Origin: an uncultured bacterium
Lineage (GTDB): Bacteria; Bacillota_I; Bacilli_A; RF39; UBA660
DNA length: 64,000 nucleotides
Assembly: GCA_949285875.1 (NCBI GenBank)
Contig: CASDZZ010000011.1
Location: forward strand, 2,289-66,288
Direction of reading: 5' to 3'
The notes below the pieces were generated by a model. It was not told the origin of the DNA and did no database searches. It saw nothing but the letters and a program-made list of their open reading frames with translations. Both the position numbers and the translations under genes were made by a program. The first letter of the stretch is position 1; each line of letters starts with the position of its first letter. This document shows, one piece after another, positions 50,268 to 60,186 of the stretch.

Positions 50268-50675
50268 ATGAAGAAGTATCTTTTTTTAATTATATTATTA
50301 ATAATTTATATAGTTTTGATAACTGGTAAAAAAACAGAAAAAGTTTTGTCATATAATGATTTAGGAAATGAAAATGTATCAGAATTTAATTTGGTATTTA
50401 AAAACGGAATTAATAGTAATAATCTTTCTGTTTTGTTTAATCAATATGAGGGTGAATATTTGATAAAAAATATTTCGTTAAATGAAACCAAGGCAGATGT
50501 TAAATCTAATAACATAACTGATTGTATAAAGCAAGTTTTTTCTTCTGAAAATAATGCTTTTTCTGAAATCTATATGGCATCTGGATTTAAAGTTAATGAA
50601 CTTTCTTTGTTAGCTTATAATGATGAAATTATTCCATTTTTGGAAGAAAATAACATTTATTATTATATAAAGTAA
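50268..50675 (+). CDS. hypothetical membrane-anchored protein
   Basis: MKKYLFLIILLIIYIVLITG signal anchor. Confidence 0.5.
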   Translation: MKKYLFLIILLIIYIVLITGKKTEKVLSYNDLGNENVSEFNLVFKNGINSNNLSVLFNQYEGEYLIKNISLNETKADVKSNNITDCIKQVFSSENNAFSEIYMASGFKVNELSLLAYNDEIIPFLEENNIYYYIK

Positions 50676-50736
50676 ACTTTACGGTTTACTTTTTTTTTAA
50701 TAATCGTTATAATTTACTTAGTGGGAAGGTGCTAGT

Positions 50737-51825
50737 ATGGGAAATTTAATTAATTTTGTAAGAGATAAAATATATTATTTATTAATTGGTACGATTGTTA
50801 TAATTGTTTTAATAATAGTTGTAAATGCTTGCTCTGCTTCTTTTTCTAAAAAAACATATGATTCTATAGAAAAAGATATGGTAAAAGCTGCAAAAGAATA
50901 TTATTCTTCAAGAGAAGATAAACTACCTAAAGAAGATAATGGAACAGTTAAAGTTAATATTTCAACTTTAGTTGAAACCGAACTTCTTTATGAAGTTAAG
51001 GATCCAAAAAAAGAATCTAATTTATGTACTGGATATGTAGAAGTAACTAAGGTTGGAGATGAATACTCTTATATTCCATTTTTATCTTGTAAAGGTAATT
51101 ATGAACCATCTTATTTAACTGATAAAATAAAAAATAGTAAGTTAGATGAGTATGGTAATGGGGTTTATACATTAAATGGTGAATTAGTTTATAGGGGTAA
51201 GGAAGTTAATAATTATGTATCTTTTAACGACTTAGTATGGCGAATTGTTAAAGTTGATTCAGCTGGTGATATAAAACTTGTTTTAGCAGAAAGGACTCAG
51301 GATAGTTATCCTTGGGATACGGCTTATAATTCAGATAAAGAAGATTCATCTGGGGTAACAACTAATTATTTGCAAACTGATATTAGAAAAACTTTAGACA
51401 AATATTATGAAGACACTTTTTCAGCTGAAAGTAAAGCTAAAATAGTTTCAAAAGATATATGTGTAGGAAAATATACGAAAGAAGATCAATTTAGTACAGA
51501 AAAGGAGTGTTCTATTAAAAAAGAAAATGAGAAAATAGGGCTTCTTAATGCTAGTGATTTCCAAAATGCTAGTTTGGATTCTAAATGTCTTAACTTATCA
51601 GATTACGAATGTGGTAATTATAATTATTTATCAGATCTCGATTTTAATACTTGGCTTTTAAATTCTTCTAGTCAAAATACCTATAAAGTTTTCTATTTAT
51701 CAGGTACAATTAAAGAGACTTTAGCTAGTGTAAATAAAAAGATAAACCCAGTAGTTTATCTTAGCAATAAAACTTTAGTAACAAGCGGGAAAGGAACATT
51801 AGAAGAACCTTATATATTAAAATAG
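50737..51825 (+). CDS. hypothetical membrane-anchored extracellular protein
   Basis: N-terminal TM helix. Cys-containing pilin-like segment, then a VWRIVKVDSAGDIKLVLA-type domain. Confidence 0.55.
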   Translation: MGNLINFVRDKIYYLLIGTIVIIVLIIVVNACSASFSKKTYDSIEKDMVKAAKEYYSSREDKLPKEDNGTVKVNISTLVETELLYEVKDPKKESNLCTGYVEVTKVGDEYSYIPFLSCKGNYEPSYLTDKIKNSKLDEYGNGVYTLNGELVYRGKEVNNYVSFNDLVWRIVKVDSAGDIKLVLAERTQDSYPWDTAYNSDKEDSSGVTTNYLQTDIRKTLDKYYEDTFSAESKAKIVSKDICVGKYTKEDQFSTEKECSIKKENEKIGLLNASDFQNASLDSKCLNLSDYECGNYNYLSDLDFNTWLLNSSSQNTYKVFYLSGTIKETLASVNKKINPVVYLSNKTLVTSGKGTLEEPYILK

Positions 51826-51842
51826 TTCATATTATATTTGAA

Positions 51843-53288
51843 CTATTTTTTTATTTCTATAAGAAATGGTGCATTATTGTTGTCAGTGTTATGATATTCT
51901 GTGTAATTTATTTTATTATTTTTCAAAAATTTTAATATAGCATCTGCTTCTTCTTTTCCTTCTTTATGAGGATAACAAGTAATTAATATTGTTCCTTTTT
52001 TATTTAAAAGAGGTAAGGAATTTTTTAATGCTTCTAAAGTACTTTTTTTATTTGTTAATATTTTTTTATCACCTTTGGGAAGATATCCCAAATTGAATAT
52101 AATTAAACTTATTTTTTCTTTATAATCTTGTAGATATTCTTTAATTTTTTCGTGACTATCATTAATCAGCGTAACATTATTAATTTTATTTGTTTTAAGT
52201 AATAAATTTGTGTTTTCTATTGCATTTTTTTGAATGTCAAAACTAAATACTTTTTTTGATAATTTAGCTAATTTTAAGGTATCATTTCCATTTCCGCAAG
52301 TGGCATCAACCGTAATATCTGTTTTTTTTATAACTTTTTCACATATTAAGTCGGCTCTGTTTAAAATACTTTTATTAAAACCTTGATAAGTATTCCTTCT
52401 TTTTAATTCTTTATCTATATCATTTAAAACACTAACTTTTTTTAGAATCCAAAGTGGGGCTATTAAGTCATCTTTAGCGCCATCACCAGTTAGTCTATGA
52501 ATAACTATATTTTCTTTTAGTTCTTCTATTTGATCACATACTATATTTACATATTCTTTTTTGGTTAATAAATGAAACTTTGTTTTTTTGTAATATTTTT
52601 CTAATTCAGTATTTTTTAAAACATGTAACATGTGAATTTTTATTCCTTGTATATCTAGTTTGTTTAAGTGTTTAATGGTTTCCATCATCATTTTGTTATT
52701 TTCACCTGGTAACCCATTTATAATATGAACAACTACGTTTATATTATTTTTTCTTAAGCGTTTAACGCAAGAATCAAAGCATTCTAAATCATGTCCTCTA
52801 TTAATTAATCTTAAAGTTTTATCATGCATACTTTGTAAACCAAGTTCAATGGTTAAGTAAGTACGTTTATTTAAATCACATAAATAATCTAGACATTCAT
52901 CTGTTATGGCATCAGGTCTTGTTCCGATGTTTATTCCTACCACGTTTTTAAAGGTAAGTACTTTTTCAAATTTTTTTCTTAATACATCAACAGGTGCAAA
53001 AGTATTAGTATTAGCTTGGAAATAAGCTATATATTTAGTGTCAGGCCATTTATTATTTAATTTGCTTTTTATTTCATTAAATTGCTTTAATAAATCATCT
53101 TCTTTATTGCCTGCAAAATCTCCCGACCCTTTAGCAGAGCAAAAAATACATCCGCTTCCATTTTTAAAATTAGGGCAAGAAAATCCCCCATTTAAACTTA
53201 CTTTAAATACCCTGGTTCCAAATCTTTTTATTAAATCATAGTTAAGGGTATGATATCTTTTATTGTCGCTACTATATTTAAAATTCAT
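51843..53288 (-). CDS. fusion of a TIGR01212/YtqA-type radical SAM protein with a YtqB-type class I SAM methyltransferase
   Basis: N-terminal FSCPNFKNGSGCIFCS cluster region. C-terminal VDATCGNGNDT SAM-binding motif and IFNLGYLP. Confidence 0.75.
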   Translation of the reverse strand: MNFKYSSDNKRYHTLNYDLIKRFGTRVFKVSLNGGFSCPNFKNGSGCIFCSAKGSGDFAGNKEDDLLKQFNEIKSKLNNKWPDTKYIAYFQANTNTFAPVDVLRKKFEKVLTFKNVVGINIGTRPDAITDECLDYLCDLNKRTYLTIELGLQSMHDKTLRLINRGHDLECFDSCVKRLRKNNINVVVHIINGLPGENNKMMMETIKHLNKLDIQGIKIHMLHVLKNTELEKYYKKTKFHLLTKKEYVNIVCDQIEELKENIVIHRLTGDGAKDDLIAPLWILKKVSVLNDIDKELKRRNTYQGFNKSILNRADLICEKVIKKTDITVDATCGNGNDTLKLAKLSKKVFSFDIQKNAIENTNLLLKTNKINNVTLINDSHEKIKEYLQDYKEKISLIIFNLGYLPKGDKKILTNKKSTLEALKNSLPLLNKKGTILITCYPHKEGKEEADAILKFLKNNKINYTEYHNTDNNNAPFLIEIKK

Positions 53289-53414
53289 TTAAATCACCAT
53301 TATTAAGTATAGAGTAAATATATTAAAAAAACAATTTTTTATTTGTAAAAATTAAAAATATATTCTTTTTTTCTTGCTTTAGGACTTTAAATATAATATA
53401 CTATAATTATTAAA

Positions 53415-53647
53415 GCGTTGAAGAAGAGTATTAGGTTAGATAATCTTTTTAAAGAGAGTCTATTAGGGGTGTGAGTAGATAAAAGATTCTTTCCGAACTA
53501 GCTTCTGAGTTTTTATAGGAAATCAAGTACTATGATACGGGTGACTTTCGTTATAAAGTTTTAAGAGTATATTCTTTTTGAATATGAATTAAGGTGGTAC
53601 CGTGGACTAAAGTTCATCCTTATTAGAGGATGGACTTTCTTTATTTT
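53415..53647 (+). promoter_or_regulatory. T-box riboswitch (probable Leu specifier CUA)
   Basis: gcgttgaagaagagta stem I base, AGAGAG box, gaaCUAg specifier candidate, T-box aattaaggtggtaccgtgg, terminator aaagttcatcc/ggatggacttt plus a T-run. Confidence 0.8.
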
Positions 53648-53658
53648 AGGAGGAAAGT

Positions 53659-54015
53659 ATGGTAGAAGTTGCTAAAACTGTGTTAGAATTTATTTTTGTT
53701 TTTTTAATAGTTTATTTATGTTATTACATTTTTAGCTATAAAAAAATAAAAAAGTTTAATAGAAAGAAAATGCCTTTAGGAGTTAAATATTTGGTATATA
53801 GGTATAATATCGACGTTGTTAGGCTTGGTTATAAAAACATCATGAAAAGATTAATGCTGTGTGACTCTTTTATAGTTGCTTTAGTGTTTATAGTTACTGG
53901 TTTGGTTGATAATATATATATAAGATTATTGGTAGCTTTTATTTTAATATTTCCTGTGTTTGCAGGGGTATATCATTTGATAGCTTACTATTATAAGAAA
54001 GAGGAGATGAAATAA
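53659..54015 (+). CDS. small 3-TM membrane protein between the T-box and leuS
   Basis: GGAGGA RBS; 118 aa; the stop lies 2 nt before the leuS start. Confidence 0.55.
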   Translation: MVEVAKTVLEFIFVFLIVYLCYYIFSYKKIKKFNRKKMPLGVKYLVYRYNIDVVRLGYKNIMKRLMLCDSFIVALVFIVTGLVDNIYIRLLVAFILIFPVFAGVYHLIAYYYKKEEMK

Positions 54016-54017
54016 TT

Positions 54018-56408
54018 ATGTATGATTTTAATAAAATAGAAAAAAAATGGCAAAAATATTGGGATGAAAATAAAACTTTTAAAACAGATGTTTATGATTT
54101 TAGTAAACCTAAATTCTATGCATTAGACATGTTCCCTTATCCATCAGGTTCTGGTCTTCATGCGGGTCATCCAGAAGGTTATACCGCTAGTGATATAATT
54201 GCTAGAATGAAAAGGATGCAAGGTTATAATGTGCTTCATCCAATGGGATTTGATTCTTTCGGTCTTCCAGCTGAACAGTACGCGGTTGATACAGGGAATC
54301 ATCCAGCTATATTTACAGAAAAAAACATCAAGTTTTTTACAAAACAACTTAAATCATTAGGTCTTTCTTTTGATTGGGATAGAGAAGTTAGAACTTCTGA
54401 TCCTTCATACTATAAATGGACACAGTGGATATTTTCTAGACTATATGAAGACGGTCTAGCAAAATTAGTTGATATGCCAGTTAATTGGTGTGAAGAATTA
54501 GGAACGGTTTTAGCTAACGATGAAGTAATTGACGGAAAAAGTGAAAGAGGAGGATATCCTGTTGTTCGTCGTAACATGAAACAGTGGGTTATTGATATCC
54601 CTAAATACGCTGATAGGTTGCTTGAAGGATTAAATTCCGTTGATTGGCCTTTTTCTACAAAAGAAATGCAAAGAAATTGGATTGGTAAATCAGTAGGTGC
54701 TGAAGTTAAATTTAAGGTTTCTGAAACAGAATATGAATTTACTGTTTTTACTACAAGATGTGATACTTTATTTGGTGCTACATACTGTGTTTTAGCACCT
54801 GAAAATGAGTTGGTAGATAAAATAACAAGTAAAGAGCAAAAAGAGAAAGTTGAAGCTTATAAAAAAGAGTGTGCATCTAAATCTGATATTGAAAGAACGG
54901 ATTTAAGTAAGGATAAAACCGGAGTTTTTACAGGTAGTTATGCTATTAATCCGGTAAATGGCAAAAAAATACCTATTTGGATTAGTGATTACGTTTTAGC
55001 TAGTTATGGAACAGGATCTATAATGGCGGTTCCAGCTCACGATGATAGAGATTATGATTTTGCTAAGAAATTTGATATTGAAATTATTCCTGTAATTGAT
55101 GGAGGTAACGTTTTAGAAAAAGCTTATACTGAAGATGGTCTTCATATTAATTCTGACTTTTTAAATGGATTAAATAAAGAAGATGCGATTAATAAAATGT
55201 TGGAGTGGCTAGAAAGTAATAAGGTTGGTAAAAAGAAGGTAAATTATAAAATGAGAGAGTGGATCTTTGCACGTCAAAGATACTGGGGAGAACCTATCCC
55301 AGTAATTCATTTGGAAGATGGTAGTGTTGTATTGGAAAAAGATTTACCACTTGTTTTACCAGAGCTAGAAGATTATAGTCCAACTAAAACAGGAGCATCT
55401 CCGCTAGAAAAAGCAAAAGACTGGGTAAACGTTATGGTAGATGGTAAAAAAGGTAAGAGGGAAACTTCTACTATGCCAGGTTCAGCGGGTTCTTCTTGGT
55501 ACTTTTTAAGGTATATTGATCCTAAAAATGATGATTGTTTTGCTAACCAAGAACTTCTTAAACACTGGATGCCAGTAGATTTATATATTGGTGGTCCAGA
55601 GCATGCAGTAGGTCATTTATTATATTCTAGAATGTGGAATAATTATCTTTATGATAAAGGATTATCACCGGTTAAAGAACCATTTAAAAAATTAGTTCAT
55701 CAAGGTATGATATTAGGTTCTAATGGTATTAAAATGGGAAAAAGGTATCCAGAGTACGTAGTTGATCCTATGAAAGTAGCAGAGTCACATGGTGCAGATG
55801 CGTTAAGATTATATGAGATGTTTATGGGTCCAATAGAAGCTGATAAACCTTGGGATGACAAGGGCCTTGATGGATCTTTAAAGTTTTTAGACAGGGTATG
55901 GAGATTATACACGAGTGAAGAAAAAAAAGATGGTGAAAACGCTAATCTTGAAAAAATTTATCATCAAACCGTTAAAAATGTTACCAATGATTATGAAAAA
56001 CTTTCATTTAATACGGCAATTAGTCATCTTATGGTGTTTGTTAATGCTGTTTATAAAGAAGATGTTTTTCCAAAAGAATATGCTGAAGGTTTCGTTAAGT
56101 TATTAAATCCAGTAGCGCCTCATATAACAGAGGAATTATGGACTACGGTTTTAGGTCATAATGGTACTATTACTTATGAGACTTGGCCTACTTATGATGC
56201 GTCAAAATTAGTCGAAACAACTTTTGATATAGCAGTTCAGGTAAATGGTAAGTTAAGAGGAACTATTACCATAAATAATGATGATTCTGAGGATATAATT
56301 AAAGAAAAAGCTTTAAATAATGATAATGTAAAAAAGCATATAGAAAGTAAAGAAATTATAAAAATAATTGTTATTAAAAATAAAATTGTAAATGTAGTTG
56401 TTAAGTAA
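54018..56408 (+). CDS. leuS: leucine--tRNA ligase
   Basis: [16 protein letters not shown] (HIGH region), KMGKRYPE (KMSKS-like), CP1 editing domain; 796 aa. Confidence 0.95.
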   Translation: MYDFNKIEKKWQKYWDENKTFKTDVYDFSKPKFYALDMFPYPSGSGLHAGHPEGYTASDIIARMKRMQGYNVLHPMGFDSFGLPAEQYAVDTGNHPAIFTEKNIKFFTKQLKSLGLSFDWDREVRTSDPSYYKWTQWIFSRLYEDGLAKLVDMPVNWCEELGTVLANDEVIDGKSERGGYPVVRRNMKQWVIDIPKYADRLLEGLNSVDWPFSTKEMQRNWIGKSVGAEVKFKVSETEYEFTVFTTRCDTLFGATYCVLAPENELVDKITSKEQKEKVEAYKKECASKSDIERTDLSKDKTGVFTGSYAINPVNGKKIPIWISDYVLASYGTGSIMAVPAHDDRDYDFAKKFDIEIIPVIDGGNVLEKAYTEDGLHINSDFLNGLNKEDAINKMLEWLESNKVGKKKVNYKMREWIFARQRYWGEPIPVIHLEDGSVVLEKDLPLVLPELEDYSPTKTGASPLEKAKDWVNVMVDGKKGKRETSTMPGSAGSSWYFLRYIDPKNDDCFANQELLKHWMPVDLYIGGPEHAVGHLLYSRMWNNYLYDKGLSPVKEPFKKLVHQGMILGSNGIKMGKRYPEYVVDPMKVAESHGADALRLYEMFMGPIEADKPWDDKGLDGSLKFLDRVWRLYTSEEKKDGENANLEKIYHQTVKNVTNDYEKLSFNTAISHLMVFVNAVYKEDVFPKEYAEGFVKLLNPVAPHITEELWTTVLGHNGTITYETWPTYDASKLVETTFDIAVQVNGKLRGTITINNDDSEDIIKEKALNNDNVKKHIESKEIIKIIVIKNKIVNVVVK

Positions 56409-56521
56409 AAAACTAAAGAGTAAACAAAATGAGTAAAACTACTTATTTTGTTTTATTTTGCAATAAAAAATGGTATAATAACGTTGACGAATTAATCCAT
56501 AATAAAGTTAGGTGATGTAAA

Positions 56522-57244
56522 GTGAATATAAAAGGAATAAATATAAACTATTTAGATTATGGTAATAAAGAAAAAAAAGCTATTGTACTATTACATGGTT
56601 GGGGACAAAATATTCAAATGATGAGTATGCTTGGTGAACCTTTTAAAAAGAATTTTAGAATTGTTGTTGTTGATTTTCCGGGGTTTGGTCAGAGTATGGA
56701 ACCATTAGAAGTAATGGGAGTAGACGGGTATACAGAAGTAATAGAAATATTATTAAAAAATTTAAATATAAAAGAACCAATTTTAATAGGCCATTCGTTT
56801 GGTGGAAGGGTTGCCGTAAAGTTTGCTTCTAGAAATAAAGTTGAAAAGTTAATTTTATTATCACCAGCTTTAAGGGGACATGATAAAAAAGGTTTAAAAA
56901 CAAAAATATTAAAATCTTTAAAAAGTGTTCCTGGTTTAAATAAACTTGAAGGTTGGGCTAAAAATCACATTGGTTCTAGAGATTATAGAGCCGCAAGCCC
57001 AGTTATGAAACAAGTGTTAGTTTTGACGGTTAATGAAGATCTAAGTAATGATGCTATGAAAATTAAGGCTCCAACAATTTTAATTTATGGGGATTTAGAT
57101 AGTGAAGTTCCTTTTGAAGATACTAAGGAATATGAAAAATTAATTCCTGACTGCGGTCTTATTATTTATGAAGGATGTACTCACTATGCATATTTAGAAA
57201 GACTTAATCAAACAATAAATATTATTAAAAATTTTATAGGATAG
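56522..57244 (+). CDS. alpha/beta-fold hydrolase
   Basis: HGWG oxyanion region, GHSFGG nucleophile elbow, C-terminal His (CTHYAY). Confidence 0.8.
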   Translation: MNIKGININYLDYGNKEKKAIVLLHGWGQNIQMMSMLGEPFKKNFRIVVVDFPGFGQSMEPLEVMGVDGYTEVIEILLKNLNIKEPILIGHSFGGRVAVKFASRNKVEKLILLSPALRGHDKKGLKTKILKSLKSVPGLNKLEGWAKNHIGSRDYRAASPVMKQVLVLTVNEDLSNDAMKIKAPTILIYGDLDSEVPFEDTKEYEKLIPDCGLIIYEGCTHYAYLERLNQTINIIKNFIG

Positions 57245-57255
57245 GGTGAGGTAAA

Positions 57256-58851
57256 ATGATTTTTATAATTAGTTTAATACCATTTATAATTTTGCTCTTA
57301 TTTGATTTCAAAAAATCTCTTCATATGGCTCAGCAAAATTTGTATAATGATGATAATAGATTTCTTAAATGGACTTTAAAGGATTTAAAGCAATTAAAAG
57401 TACCTTTAAAATGTTCTTTAGTTGTTTTAGTTACGTTTTTAATTTTGATATTTTTAAATTTAAATTCTAAGTATATTACTTCAATATATTTTGGATTAGT
57501 TAGTCTTATTATTTTAATATTAAAAATTAAAGAAGATAGATCAAATGATACTAAAATAAATCTTAAGTTTACAGTTAGAGTAAAGCGTTTAGTATTTACA
57601 AATTTAATTATATTTGCATTATTTTCATTATTAATTTTTTATATAAAAGATACTAATATAAAATATTTATTATTTTTTGCTTATGATTTAGTTCTTAATT
57701 TTATTTTGATTATTTCAATAATAATTAATAAACCAATTGAAAAATTAGTTTATTTGTCTTACAAGAGAAAAGCTGTAAATAAGCTTAATTCAATGAAACA
57801 GTTAAAAGTTATTGGAATTACAGGTAGCTATGGAAAAACTAGTAGTAAAAATATTTTAAATGATATTTTAAATGTTAAATATAATTCTTTAGCTAGTCCT
57901 AAAAATTTTAATACTCCATATGGTCTTATTATTACGGTTAATAATTATCTTGATAAATTTGATGATATTTTAATAGCTGAAATGGGAGCTTACAAAGTAG
58001 GGGAAATAAAAGAATTATGTGATTTAGTAAAACCTAGATATGGTATTTTAACAAAAATAGGAACAGCACATATCGAGATTTTTGGTTCGCAAAAAAATAT
58101 TCAAAAAGGAAAATTCGAACTTATAGAAAGCCTTCCTAAAGATGGTATCGGTGTTCTTAATGGTGATGATGAGCTTCAGCTTAACTACAAGCTTAAAAAT
58201 AATTGTAAAATTTTATGGATAGGTATAGAAAATGATAATGTAGATGTTCATGCCTCTAATATAAAAGTTTCAAATTTGGGAACTACTTTTGATGTTAAGT
58301 TTAAAGGAGATAATAAGAAGTACGAGTTTACAACAAAATTATTAGGTTATGCTAATATATACAATATTTTAGCTTCACTTGCACTTGCTAAAGAATTTGG
58401 TCTTACTATTAAACAGATGCAAAAAGCGGTTTTAGGAGTTAGAAATGTTGAACATAGATTAGAACTTAGAAATGCGGGTAATATTACGTTTATAGATGAT
58501 TCTTATAATTCTAACCCAGTAGGATCTAAGATGGCTTTAGATGTTTTAAAACAAATGCCAGGACATAGGATAGTTATAACCCCAGGAATGGTAGAATTAG
58601 GAAATAAGAGTTATGAACTTAATAAAGATTTTGGAAAATATATGTTTAATAATTGTGATGAAGTTATTTTAGTTGGTCAAAAAATAACAAAACCAATTCA
58701 AGATGGTTTAAAAGAAGCAGGTTTTCCTGAGAAAAAAATATATGTTACTAAAAATACTAAGGAAGCTTTTGAATTAGCAAGAAGTTTATCTATTGGAAAA
58801 CAAAGTTTTATACTAATAGAAAATGATTTGCCTGATATATATAATGAATAG
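57256..58851 (+). CDS. MurF-like Mur ligase with a ~170-aa multi-TM N-terminal extension
   Basis: GITGSYGKTS P-loop, SPKNFNTPYGL, AEMGAYKVGEI, IGTAHIEIFGS, DDSYNSNP. The N-terminal 170 aa are hydrophobic helices rather than the usual MurF domain 1. Confidence 0.7.
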   Translation: MIFIISLIPFIILLLFDFKKSLHMAQQNLYNDDNRFLKWTLKDLKQLKVPLKCSLVVLVTFLILIFLNLNSKYITSIYFGLVSLIILILKIKEDRSNDTKINLKFTVRVKRLVFTNLIIFALFSLLIFYIKDTNIKYLLFFAYDLVLNFILIISIIINKPIEKLVYLSYKRKAVNKLNSMKQLKVIGITGSYGKTSSKNILNDILNVKYNSLASPKNFNTPYGLIITVNNYLDKFDDILIAEMGAYKVGEIKELCDLVKPRYGILTKIGTAHIEIFGSQKNIQKGKFELIESLPKDGIGVLNGDDELQLNYKLKNNCKILWIGIENDNVDVHASNIKVSNLGTTFDVKFKGDNKKYEFTTKLLGYANIYNILASLALAKEFGLTIKQMQKAVLGVRNVEHRLELRNAGNITFIDDSYNSNPVGSKMALDVLKQMPGHRIVITPGMVELGNKSYELNKDFGKYMFNNCDEVILVGQKITKPIQDGLKEAGFPEKKIYVTKNTKEAFELARSLSIGKQSFILIENDLPDIYNE

Positions 58852-58862
58852 GAGTTGATAAT

Positions 58863-60065
58863 ATGAAAATTAAGGTTGGAGTTTTATTTGGTGGAAAAAC
58901 AACAGAACATGAAGTAAGTATTATTTCCGCTGTTCAAGCTATGAGTTTTTTAAATAAAGAAAAGTATGAAGTTATACCAATTTATTTAACAAAAGAAAAC
59001 GAAATGTATACCGGTGAGCCATTAAAGGATATGGAAGTATATAAAGATTTAGATTTATTAAAACGCTTTTGTAAGAACGTAACTTTATACCAAAAAGATG
59101 GTGCTTTTGTTCTTCAAAATAAAAAAGGTATATTTAAAAAAATAGTTTGTGATTTAGATATTGTTATACCTGTTGTTCATGGTTATAATATGGAAGATGG
59201 AAATATTCAAGGGTTACTTGAAATTATTGGTGTTCCATATACTGGAAGTGATATATACGGATGTACTGTTGGTCAAGATAAGGTATTTCAAAAGCAAATT
59301 TTACAAGCTGAGGGAATTAATGTACCTAAATATGTATGGTTTTATGATAGTGAATACCTAGAAAATCCTAAAAATATTTTGGATAAGTTAAATAAAATGA
59401 AATATCCTCTAATAGTAAAACCAGCTAGACAAGGAAGCAGTATTGGAATAAAGTTAGCTAAAGATGAAGAAGGATTAGTAGAAGCTATAGAAGATGCTAT
59501 TAAATATGATGAAAAAATATTAGTAGAAGAAGTTATTCCTAATATGATAGAATTAAATTGTAGCGTACTAGGTTCAAGTAATTATGCAGAAGCATCAGCA
59601 ATAGAACAAGTAATGGGAAAAGATGATTTCTTATCATTTAATGATAAATATATTGGTAGTGGAGCTAAAAAAGACTGTGGTAAATTAAAAATAGGTCCTT
59701 CTAAAGGTATGGTTAGTGCAGATAGAGTAATACCTGCTGATATACCTGAAAAATTAAAAACAGAAATAGAAGAAACTTCAAAAAAAGTATTTAGAGTTTT
59801 AGGTGCTAGTGGTGTTGTTAGAATTGATTATTTATATGATCAAAAAGCTAAAAAATTATATGTTAATGAATTAAATACAATACCAGGTTCTTTATCATTT
59901 TATTTATGGACTCCGCTAAAAAAAGAATATCCTGAATTATTAGATGACATGATTAATATAGCGGTAAAAAGGTATAAGAAAAAATTAAAGAAAACTTCTT
60001 CTTTTGAATCTAATATTCTATCTAATTTTAACGGTAATAAAGGTGTTAAAGGTAAATTAAGATAA
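58863..60065 (+). CDS. ddl: D-alanine--D-alanine ligase (long form)
   Basis: VLFGGKTTEHEVSIISA, PVVHG, ATP-grasp region KPARQGSSIGI, NELNTIPG. Confidence 0.85.
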   Translation: MKIKVGVLFGGKTTEHEVSIISAVQAMSFLNKEKYEVIPIYLTKENEMYTGEPLKDMEVYKDLDLLKRFCKNVTLYQKDGAFVLQNKKGIFKKIVCDLDIVIPVVHGYNMEDGNIQGLLEIIGVPYTGSDIYGCTVGQDKVFQKQILQAEGINVPKYVWFYDSEYLENPKNILDKLNKMKYPLIVKPARQGSSIGIKLAKDEEGLVEAIEDAIKYDEKILVEEVIPNMIELNCSVLGSSNYAEASAIEQVMGKDDFLSFNDKYIGSGAKKDCGKLKIGPSKGMVSADRVIPADIPEKLKTEIEETSKKVFRVLGASGVVRIDYLYDQKAKKLYVNELNTIPGSLSFYLWTPLKKEYPELLDDMINIAVKRYKKKLKKTSSFESNILSNFNGNKGVKGKLR

Positions 60066-60186
60066 AAGTTCAATATAAATGAACTTTTTTTTATTCGTTT
60101 TATTTATAGCTTTTATAAAAAAAAATAATTTGTTTTTATATATAATTATTGTTATCATTTAGATGTAAGGCAAAAAGAGGTGTTTT

